50,004 bases of DNA from assembly GCA_002269645.1 (NCBI GenBank), contig NIVC01004335.1, positions 1-50,004 on the forward strand, given 5' to 3'. The notes beneath the pieces were generated by a model. That model was not told the origin of the DNA, did not search any database, and saw only the letters and a program-made list of their open reading frames with translations. Made by a program: the position numbers and the translations under genes. Numbering within the stretch: the first letter of the stretch is position 1; each line of letters opens with the position of its first letter. The DNA is from Macrostomum lignano (Eukaryota). Of this stretch, positions 1-9,460 are shown piece by piece.

Positions 1-1421
1 ATTTGCCTTTCACATAGTTGAGAGTGAAGTTGTAATCTTGTAGCGCTAGAATCCACTTCTGAAGTCGTTTTGAGATAGGTTGCTTGTCACTGAATAGACT
101 CTTGAGTGGCTGGTGATCAGTGAAGACGTGGAATTGTTGGTAAGAGGCGTAGAGGAACACGTGTAGCTTCTTTATTGCCCAATAGATGGCGTATGCTTCG
201 CGTTCAATCGGTGGATAGCGTTGTTTCGGTTGGACTTAACGTCTTAGAAATGTAGGCAACCGGGCGTTGGTGGTTGCTGTCGTCTAGCTGTGAGAGTACT
301 GCTCCAATGGCGGTATCCGAAGCATCAGTGTGCAGAAAGTACGGTTTTCGCGGATTTGGATGAACCAGTAGTATATCCGTAGAGAGAAGTTGTTTCAGCT
401 TTTCAAAGGCTGCTTGGGCGGCGTTTGTCCAGACGAATTTGTTAGGCTTCGAAGTATTTTTGATGATACTCAGAAGTGGTTGTACTACTCGTGAGTAGCC
501 AGCAATGTGCGTTCGGTAGAAATTTGCAAGTCCAAGGAAAGATTGTAGTTGTTTAACCGTTTGAGGCACAGGGAAGGTCTTGATTTTCTCGATGAGGCTG
601 GGTGCGGGTCTAATGCCTTGAGCAGAAACCACAAATCCAAGATATTGTACCTCTGTTTTGGCAAAGATGCATTTTCGTAGTGAAATTCGCAATCCATGAT
701 GTCGTAACTTTTGGAAGAAGCGTTCGATTTCTTTGAGCATGCCGGTGAAGTCTTCGGCGATGAGCATGACGTCATCCAAGTAGGCAATCTGATTTGGAGA
801 GTCAGCTGTTAACAATGCTACAAGACGGCACATTAAGCTAGGACTGGACTTGAGTCCTTGAGGTAGTCGATTGAATTCCCAAAGTAGGCCGTTGGGTGCA
901 ATGAACGCAGTGTATTTTGTGCTTTCTGGATCGATCCGAACTTGGTAGAAAGCATCTGCTAGGTCACAGAGTGTGTACAGTTTAGCGTTTTTCAATCGAT
1001 GTAGCAAATCCGGAATCTTAGGAGGTCGGATGCTAGGAGCACGAATTAGCTTGTTCAGTTTTCGGTAATCCGTCACGAGTCTTAGTTGTCGGCGACCTTG
1101 AGCGTCGAGCGTCTTCTTTTCCACGAGAAGACATGGACTTGAGTATTCCGATTCACTCGGACTGATGATTCCTTTTTGACGGAAGTTTTCGATGAGCTCA
1201 TCAAACCGTTCTTGTAGTCCATGAGCGATTGGATAGGGTCTGGACGTGACTGGCTCAGAGTGTGGGTGTAGATGCAGGTGAGCCGTGTATTGGGTAGAGC
1301 AACCCATGTCGGTTGGCAGTAGTGCCAAGACGTCACGGTACTTGTTCATTAGAGTAACTAATTGTTCACTCTGCTCGGTTGAGAGGTGCTGGTTGGCTTG
1401 TTTGAGTTGAGTACGGATCAT
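1..1421 (-). CDS. pol: Reverse transcriptase - RNase H (Ty3/gypsy type), runs off the window edge
   Basis: SEYSSPCLLVEKK..RLVTDYRKLN, DLADAFYQV, FNRLPQGLKSSP, YLDD (771-782), YLGF, FLGLANFYR, YFLHTDASDTAIGAVLSQ. After a 1-nt shift at ~225 it reads EQRYPPIEREAYAIYWAIKKLHVFL..VFTDHQPLKSL..RLQKWILALQDYNFTLNYVKGK to position 1. Confidence 0.95.
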
Positions 1422-2470
1422 GTCAGTCGTAGGTGCTTCTTGTTGCAGCGTGCGGAGACTGTTGATTTGAGCTGCTGGCGCACGATGTTGTAGTCAGACA
1501 TGTTAGCCAGATTTCCAATGACTTGTTGAGGATGCAAGGTTTGCGTTGTCAGCGACGGGTTGGCAATTTCCACAGTGATAGTTTGTCCGTCCGGTTGACA
1601 GAAACAAGGCAAGTTGGTATCATCAACTGGTGTTTCTGGATCGTGTGGTCCTTAGGGACGAACAGGACAGGAATCGTTGGCTCATGTCGAGAAGAGAGTT
1701 TCAGCGTGACTTGGTGCGTTGTCTGTGGTGGTAACTCTAGCTTGTTTTGCATCACCGCAGAGGTTTCTTGCAACTGTTGGATGGAGTTGAGCATCGCAAA
1801 TTGCTCATTGCCAAGCTTAGCTGTCGCTTTCGAGTAGTCGAATTGTAGTGGTATTCCCAGTGACTTAAAGGTTTCTACTCCTAAGAGCAAATCATAGTCA
1901 GCGTCGGGGTGTCGAGCACAAAGGCCGATATCTTGTGGTTGCGTCCATCGATTTCGAGATCAAAAGTAGCCTTTTTGTTGAGGTTTAGTTGTTGTCCTCC
2001 TGCACAAATGGCGTTCATGTTGGTGTCTTGTAATGGTACTCGAAGCTTTTTGGCGAATGCCGGTGAGATGCAGGAGATCGAGGCGCCGCTGTCAATGAGG
2101 GCGGTGCATCTGTGTCGAGTATGCGGTGCGTTGCGGCACCACAGGTTGATCATAGTTGCTGTTGTTAGATGCTTCAAAACAAAGGCGTATGAGTAGTTTG
2201 CTGGCCATTTTGGAACTTTAGGTTCTGGCGGTGGTCTCCGTGGTGGCGGAAGGGTGGCACGAAGTTCAATCGTTTCGATGGGTGCCGAGGTGTTGGCGCT
2301 TGTCTCGGTGGTATCAGTTGCTGTTGTTGGGAGTAGTCGTTTCGTGATTCCACTCGAGTTGGAGTTCGTTGTTGCCGCAGCACTTGTATAGTGTGCGTTC
2401 TGCCGTACGGATGGTGCTGGCGACGCAGAGTCGGCCAAGATTGCACACGAAGATAATAACGGCAATGTAG
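1420..2470 (-). CDS. pol: Pol N-terminal part: retropepsin aspartic protease followed by a linker resembling a degenerate dUTPase-like domain
   Basis: ALIDSGASISCIS (DSG at 2085-2093), flap AICAGGQQL, and C-terminal DYDLLLGVETFKSLG rejoined across a 1-nt shift in a C run at ~1905. Joined from ORFs 1881-2465, 1549-1890 and 1418-1612. Confidence 0.85.
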
Positions 2471-5097
2471 ACGATTACAGCTGCTGTTAAGACGAACTTT
2501 TCTTGATAGTTTGCGACTAGTCGATCCCAGTTGAATATCGACGAAGACCATAGATTGAGAGAGCTAGTTTTGAGTCCAGGAATGCACTGTCAGCATGTGC
2601 TGTTCTGTGTCGTGTTCGATTCGGAAGTTTGAAAACTGTAATCAGAAAATCGCGAGTTTGCATGAACTGGTGCATTAGGTCGGTCACCGTTATTGGGCTA
2701 CGAAGTGAAGTATAATTGATATCTCCCATAGGTTTGAAGATGCTTTCGGAGACGAAGTTTGCAAATCGGACAACCGATAGTTTTCATCGGATCTGACATT
2801 AGCGGTTGTGGGTTCAAATCTCGAAAAATTTAGTGTGGTCTTGAATAGCATCGATTGTTTAGGCAGGTAGTAGTATGGGAAGGCGTCGCATGAGATTAGA
2901 GCTGGAGTAGCTGTGGAGACAATACGAGTCGTTGTATCCAAAAATCCAAGAACAGTATAGTTTTGTAGGCGGAATTCCAGTGGGGGCGCGTGAAGCATTG
3001 GTTCGTCTTGTACTTTGGTTGGACAAAGCGGAACTGATGTAGGGTTTGCACTGGTAGACGAAGAGGTATCCAGCAATGGATCTAGCTCGCAAGAAAGGAT
3101 CATTTAATAAGAGTCGAGCAGCGAGCGTTGGTTGTGTGTAGTATAACTGTCGATTGTACTTGAGATTAGTTGCGTACATCATGCATTGTGTAGTTGTCAG
3201 CTGCCTCTGTACTTGGAGAAGGTCTTTTCGAGCTTTACTAGCAGCTCCTTGTAGTTGTCCAGCAAGAAGTTCAGCGGATGCGAACGTTGATGAAAGTTGC
3301 GCAGTAGAGTTGCCTGAAGGGGCTGCGATGGTTTTGTCGTCTGTGCTTCGCTTGTTGCGTGGTAGTAGTAGGAGATCCGGTTGACTGCCTTGGGGTTCGT
3401 GATGTGGAACTGCTAGATTCGTGTGAATAGAAGCCAGTTGTGGATTGGTTGTTGTCGCTGGTGAGTTCGTGGTGAAGGTTGAGGTTGCAGACTTTGCTGG
3501 TGCACTGGTTGTGCTGCTAGAGGTTGAGGTTGTTGGCGGTAAAGTGGTGGTGGTACGAGGTTGTGTCGTCACTTTTGTTGTCGTCGTAGTTGACTGCTGT
3601 CGTTGTTGCTGCTGAGGTTGTAGCAGTTGTGGTTGTTGAAGTTGTCGGTGTTACGGTTGTGGTAGGTATTGTTGTCGTTGTAGTCGGTGGCATTGTCGTC
3701 GTAGCTGGTGGTGTTGTCGTTGTAGTCGGTGGTGTTGTCGTTGTAGTCGGTGGTGTTGTCGTTGTAGTCGGTGGTGTTGTCGTTGTCAAAATTGTAGTTG
3801 TTGGTGTTGATTTTGTAGTAGTTAGTATCGTAGTTGTTGGCGTCATTGTTGTAGAAGTGCTTGACGTCGGTGGATGATCAGGTCGCTCTTGTCGTAAAGG
3901 TTGCGGCGGTAGGAATTGTCGTGACTGAGTTGTCGTAGTGAAAGGATGTTGAGTCGTCGATTGCTGAACGGGTAATATTGTTGGTGGCGTTGGTAGTATC
4001 GCTGGTGGTGAACGACGTTTTTGTCTCGAAGAAGTGGTTTCTTCGCTAGTTTGAGGTTTTGGAGTAGCTTCTTCTAATGGGCTTCGTAAGGTGGCGAGAA
4101 ATTCTGCTTCTTTGTTGTCGAGGATGTCTACGTATAGACCTTGCGTTGAAAGGTACAACGTCTTACGGACGCCAGTGCAGGTGAGAGTGTGAGTCGACGG
4201 CACTGGGTTGAAGGTTAGTCCCAATGTTTGATCATTAGTTAAGAACAAGCCGGAGTTTAAGTTGCCTTCAAGAGTACGAAATGGTTTTAAAGGACAATCA
4301 GCGAGTGGTGGAGGTGTCCAAATAAGATTTAGATGTCTTGGTCCTTTCACGTCAATTTGGTAGATTGCTTCAGTTTCCAAAGGATCCCAGGGGGATGTTA
4401 GTATCGGCAAAGGTAGGTTGAAAGCTCGCATTTCTTGTGCAGTTGTTTTAATTGTACAAAATTTGTCGGCGAGTTTGCAGTTGTCCATTGGGAAGGACAA
4501 AGATTCCATTTTTTGATCTGCTGTTGAGTAGGCTGGGATTCCGGTGATCACTGTTGTTACTATTTGTTCTGAATGTGAACCAGGAGTGCAACGCACAGCA
4601 TTTTGCGTGTTGAATGTCGATTGCAGGCGTTGGATAGACTGAGTTGACGCAGTCTTTAACACTAATGATCCATCAGGCGATAGCTTTGTTCGTGCCCAGT
4701 TTTCACAATCAGCTTGAGTGACTGGTTGCGGTTCCAACTCTACCAGGGCGGATGTCCAGGTTCTTATCACCGCCTTATCACATCTGATAGTGATTTTCTC
4801 GCGGAAACAGACAGTCATAACCAGAGAACTGGTTTCCACGTTCGTTGTGTAAAGTTCCAGTTTCAACGGGAGTGTCGGCGTCGTTTGGTGTTTGAGCTGT
4901 TCACAACGGATCTCATGTGGTATCGTGAAAATTCGTGGGATCTGGTTGTACGGACAGACCATTGGTGTGTCAATGAAGCCCTCGTGAGATTGTCTCTCAA
5001 TCGATGGTGGAGTTGACGTCGTTATCGGCGTAGCGTTGGCTAGTGCGAAGAGTGAAGTTGCTAGGCACAGGAGAAAAAGTGTCAGTAGTGATCGGCG
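2314..5097 (-). CDS. env: Env-like class III-type fusion glycoprotein, in frame with Gag; signal peptide, Cys-rich ectodomain, mucin insert, TM; about 4 apparent frameshifts
   Basis: Internal signal RRSLLTLFLLCLATSLFALANA/TP (~5032-5097). C-x8-CD-x23-C block (4706-4810). Furin-like RQKR (~4015-4026) and RNKR (3348-3359). PTLAARLLLNDPFLRARSIAGYLFVYQC (3048-3131). TM FVLTAAVIVYIAVIIFVCNL (~2437-2496) lies in a frame missed by the ORF track; stop TGA at 2314-2316. Confidence 0.75.
3595..3860 (-). repeat. Coding 21-bp tandem repeat (PPTTTTT) in the Env mucin-like region
   Basis: gtcgttgtagtcggtggtgtt repeated ~5 times within a Thr-rich tract. Confidence 0.85.
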
Positions 5098-6942
5098 AAT
5101 TCCGACGGAAGCTTTCACGGTTTTCTCGCGGTTGTTGTTGCTGGTCGGTGGAGTGTAGGCGTTTGTCACTCTTTCAACCGTACAAAGGCGAATAGAGTTG
5201 ATAGTCGCAGCGGCAGTAGTCGGTTTTTTGAGTAAAGATTTCAGCTGCTTAGCGTCTCCAGAGTAGCGAATTTCGTTTCCAAAAGTCGGTGGGCGTTCAT
5301 CAACTGTAGCAATGTGCATCAGTTGGGCAGACTCGGGAGCGTCGTGAGTCGTCCATCCAATCTGCGGCTGTTGATTCCATCCTGGGTGGGACGTTTCAGG
5401 GTCCTGAGCAGTGATGGCGCGTATCGGTGGATATTGTTGTTGCGCAAATCTCGGAGGTTGTCGTTGATTGTTGGTGCCGTTGTATCGAGGCGGATAGCGT
5501 TGCTGAGGCCGGTTTCCATAGTCTTGACGGGGTGGAAATCGTGATTGTTGTGTCGCCGGTGGACCGTAGCCTTGTGTACGTTGGGCTCGTAGTCGGCACT
5601 GGTTAATAGAGTGTCCTGGTTTTCGGCAATAGTTACAGGTCAATCGTGGCGGTCCCTGCTGGTAACGATTTCGCGGGGCATCAGAGCCGTATTGGGCTGT
5701 GTTCCTTCGATCACTTGAGTTAGGTCGGAAGGGACGAGGTTGTTGGTCATTCCTTCGACGACAGTCGGCGGCATAGTGTCCAGGTCGACCGCAATGATAA
5801 CAAGTGGGCTTCTGTTGCATATTAGCGATAGGTGGCTTGGTTTGTGTTTGCAGGGAGGCAACCACCTGCTGATTGGCTTCCTTCGTCGTTTTTTCTAAGG
5901 TAGTTAGACGCTCTGTGAGAGCTTTCAAGTCAGTGCCATCAGAGTCCATGGTGGAGTCGCGGATTTGTTCGGCGCGGATGGCCTTGTTGATTAGCGTACT
6001 TTCCGTGGTGATATTTTGCTTCAAGAGTTCTCGTTTGATGTAGGGTAGAGCATTGTTGATAGTCGTAGCCATCAGGGTAGCAAGGAAGTCTCGGTTGCGC
6101 TGGTCGATGACAGCTTGGTTCGCGGGTGGTGTTTCCGGACCGGCACCTTCCGGAAATTCTTCCGGTATTTCCGGCATAGCTGACCTGAGCTTTCGACGAA
6201 TATCGGTGAAATAAGACAGGAACGGTTCGCCGTACTGTTGTTTCCGGGTTGTTGCATTATGCAGCGTTAGAGCCGAGCCAATGGTTACTTCCCGAAGGCG
6301 TTGAGACAGTGCCTCAATGGTGGCTGGATAAGAGGCTTGGACTGCGGCAGAGAGGCGACTGTATTCGAGTTTAAGAAGGTCATTCAGTAGTCGCGGGAAG
6401 AGCCGAATCTTTGCGTTCTCCGATAGTCCAAAGGAGCGTGTGATCAAGTCGAACTCTTCAGTGAAGGAGCGGAAGTCATGCATTTGGTCGATTCCTTTCA
6501 GGGATTGACGAATTTCAGCAAGAGCAGTAGCTGAGACGGGATGGTTTGATTGCAATTGCAGACTGCGGTTCATAACGTCAGTAAGTTCACGGACAGCATT
6601 TGTCGCTGCAGCATCAACATGGGGAGCGCCGTCCTGATCAGCCATATCTAGAGTAGATTCTTCAGCAATATCGTTTGGGGCTGGTTGAACTGTTTCGTCC
6701 GCGTCTGTTAGGATGGAGCTGGGTGCTGGTGAGTGTGCACGGTTGTGTTCAAAATGATCCGCGAGAGGGTTATTAAACTCAACGTTATTTGGTATAAACA
6801 GGTTAGGTACTGGTGAACTATTTCGTGGGAGCTGTTCACCTATTTGGCAGTCAGAAGTTTCTAAATTTTGTTCAGGGGGTCTGTTAATATTTGAGCTTTG
6901 AAAAACTGGTCCGGAACGTAAATCTCGGACAGGTGTGGTCAT
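5098..6942 (-). CDS. gag: Gag (capsid-like helical domain + two CCHC zinc knuckles + Gln/Arg/Pro-rich tail), N-terminal part of the Gag-Env ORF
   Basis: ATG at 6942 (MTTPVRDLRSG). Knuckles CYHCGRPGHYAADC (5761-5802) and CNYCRKPGHSINQC (5596-5637). Capsid-like segment FRSFTEEFDLITRSFGLSENAKIRLFPRLL...QQYGEPFLSYFTDIR. Confidence 0.9.
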
Positions 6943-7139
6943 TAACAAGAATTCAATCAATAATTTCAAGGCAACGATAGCACAAAAGTGTAACTAATAG
7001 CAAAGTAGAGTGTCAAATTCAAAGTGAGCAAACGGCAATGGCTTTCAGGGTTGCGGTTGGCGGACTGGCTGGGGAAGGGAGAAAAAGAGAGACTGTGTAA
7101 TTTTTTAACTGTGATCTGCGACGAGCTTTGAAAATCGAA

Positions 7140-7395
7140 GTAATTTTGAATTGAACTGCCTTTTGATTGGTTCTGAAACTTTGAATTTTGAAATTTTGAA
7201 CTCGGAAATCTTGAATTGAACTGCCGTTTGATCGGTTCTGAAACTTTGAAACTGAATTTGATAAAGGAGCTCCTGAATGTTGGACTAGACGGACATCAGT
7301 GGTGGCCAATAAAATCGAATTTGTATCATTGAAGTCGGCAGTTTTCTTTTTCTTGAAGTCGGCAGTTTAGTCTTTTGAAGTCGGCAGTTTTCTTC
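7140..7395 (-). repeat. Short direct repeats in the leader upstream of gag
   Basis: Two copies of ttgaattgaactgcc.tttgat.ggttctgaaactttgaa (~7146 and ~7211); three copies of gaagtcggcagttt (~7331, 7355, 7377). Confidence 0.7.
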
Positions 7396-7977
7396 TGAGA
7401 ATTTGTTCTGGCTTTTTGAATTTCGAATTTGAATTTTGAACTATCTGACGAGTTTCAGCTAGGGGGGTTGATTTCATAATTTTAAGCAAGCGTAGAGTAA
7501 TGTTTTTGTAGTTTTGTAAATTTGCTATTTTTTAATTTTTGAAAATTTTATAATTTTTATTGATCGGACTGATCATTTTGTAACTTTAACATGATAAGAG
7601 CAGTACGGGTTGTACGAAATGAACTATAAGCAATGGTATTGTTTTTTGTGTTTTCAAGTTTTATTATTTTTTTTGCGATCTAATGATCATTTTGAGTTTG
7701 TCGCAGGCTACGAAAATACTATGTGAATAGTCTAGCATAGATGAAGCGAAGAAGAGTAAATGGAGACGTGCGTTTTTTGAGGTTTTAAATTTTTTATATT
7801 TTTTGTCGATCAAATGATCATTTTCAAAGTAGTGTTTACACCATGCAGTTTAAAGTAACAGAAGGTGAGCTGGAAATGAGACTACGATCAAAAGACAATG
7901 AGAGAGTATAGTATATTTACAGGGCCCAAGGGGGGCTGATGCTGAGGCGATAGAAATTGCGGCTTATGGGGGGGGGA

Positions 7978-8787
7978 TCACTCAGGGCGACCACCGTATG
8001 CGGAGGCGAGAAGTTTGGGGCAAGGAGAGTCGCTAACGTCAAAACAGGGGTCGTCGGTAAAGTCGGGGTGGCCAACTATATGTTCCCGGTGGAACCGAGG
8101 GAGGGTGAGGAAATGAGCTTCAATGGCCTGACCTCTAGAACTGCCGCGATGGCGCGTCCAGGTCGACCAGAAGTGGTAGCGGAGTTGGTAAGAGGCAAGG
8201 TGGAACAGGCTTAAGGGTGAGTCGGAAACGGGGGGAACAAAGCTCTGGAGCAATAGTTCGTGGCGTTCACACTCCTCGTCATCAATTTTGCGACAGTATA
8301 TTCGGCGGAGATCTTTGTAGCGAAGAGGAACGCCGGTATGAAAATCAACGCAACGCAGAGCGCGGAAGAGTAGCTCGAAGTCCTGGCCTCGGAGGGCTAT
8401 ATCGACGATTGCGGACTTAAAAGCTCCTTGCAGGGGCGGCAGATGGAGGCCTTCGAGATGGAATAGCATATTGTCTATCTGCCCCGGGATGTGGCATTGG
8501 AGGCAGTCATAAATGTGGGTCAGGTAGGAATCAGTAATGGTGAGGACAAACTTGGTTACGGGACCAGGGCGTCCATTACAACTGAAGAGATCGTGAAACA
8601 GGGAATCCGGGATTGCGGGCTTGACGGTACGAGGAAACGGAAAGGGCGAGAGATAGGAGGGGTGATAGTAAATGAAACTGCGGCGATGTTGGCAATAATA
8701 CGTCTGACACTGGCAATCAAATAGTGGGACATCATCGGGGGCAGTAAGGGATGCGGCTTCAGCGTAGATACGTGCGAAAGTAGTCAT
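7978..8787 (-). CDS. ORF0: unknown 269-aa protein in the retroelement leader, sense to gag
   Basis: ATG-initiated, uninterrupted, non-repetitive ORF between the PBS and gag; Cys/His clusters CQCQTYYCQH and CLQCH; minus-strand AATAAA at ~7660-7665 downstream. Confidence 0.6.
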   Translation of the reverse strand: MTTFARIYAEAASLTAPDDVPLFDCQCQTYYCQHRRSFIYYHPSYLSPFPFPRTVKPAIPDSLFHDLFSCNGRPGPVTKFVLTITDSYLTHIYDCLQCHIPGQIDNMLFHLEGLHLPPLQGAFKSAIVDIALRGQDFELLFRALRCVDFHTGVPLRYKDLRRIYCRKIDDEECERHELLLQSFVPPVSDSPLSLFHLASYQLRYHFWSTWTRHRGSSRGQAIEAHFLTLPRFHREHIVGHPDFTDDPCFDVSDSPCPKLLASAYGGRPE

Positions 8788-8989
8788 GTTGAAATTATAA
8801 TAAGTGAATTAAAGTACTTTAATTTAATTTACAGTGTTACCAAGTTGCTGGAACGGTAGAGACTGGATGTGAAGAGTGTCGTTCTTGCAGTTGGCTTCGG
8901 TAGTACTGGAGAGGAGATTAACTCAAGAGTGCAGGATTCTGTCAATCTATAGTGCTGCAAAAGTGCTAGTATAATAGTGCTGTTGATGG

Positions 8990-9110
8990 CGAATTCTGAA
9001 GGGAGTTGGGAACAGAGTTTGCGGCGTCCTCATTGGTTGGTTAGGGGGATTCCAAGCCATGCCTGGGAGACGGGGCGGTTATATTGGTGAAACTGAAGGG
9101 GGACGGGTAA
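8990..9110. promoter_or_regulatory. Putative bidirectional promoter between ORF0 and the antisense ORF
   Basis: ATTGG/CCAAT at ~9031 and ~9084 and GGGGCGG GC box at ~9072, between two divergent ATGs (8787 and 9179). Confidence 0.35.
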
Positions 9111-9178
9111 GGCTTGCTACTCCTTCGCGACTCCGCTACTTCAAACACTCCCGGACGACGATTGCTCGACTATTTATT

Positions 9179-9460
9179 ATGGCTATGCAAGCTCAACTCG
9201 AAAGGACGAGGAAGACGGCAGATCAATGGTGGTGGCTCTGTCGGCGGTTGTGGGAGCTCGAATTGCTGCTGGAGGACGGCTGGCCCCGCGACACGAAGCG
9301 GGGTGCTCGGCGGGGTTCGCGACTCCTGTCAGCGTTCAGGCGGCTAGTCACACCCGTCCGTAAGTGGTGTGAGCGCCGCCTCGAATGGTGGCAGGAGCTC
9401 CAGCACGTGGAAGAAGAGATTGTAGCGGGACGCCGATGGGGTAATTTTATCCTAGTTTAA
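9179..9460 (+). CDS. Antisense ORF: unknown 93-aa Trp/Arg-rich protein in the retroelement leader
   Basis: MAMQAQLERTRKTADQWWWLCRRLWELELLLEDGWPRD... from ATG 9179 to TAA 9460; preceded by CCAAT/GC-box elements and followed by a T-rich UTR-like tract. Confidence 0.4.
   Translation: MAMQAQLERTRKTADQWWWLCRRLWELELLLEDGWPRDTKRGARRGSRLLSAFRRLVTPVRKWCERRLEWWQELQHVEEEIVAGRRWGNFILV

Noticed and set aside
3590-3877. Val/Gly-rich + strand ORF as a membrane protein
   Set aside because: It is the antisense shadow of the Thr/Pro mucin-like repeat.
7290-7310. TGGCCACCACTG as a PBS close to gag
   Set aside because: No match to a tRNA 3' end that I recognise and no adjacent LTR terminus.
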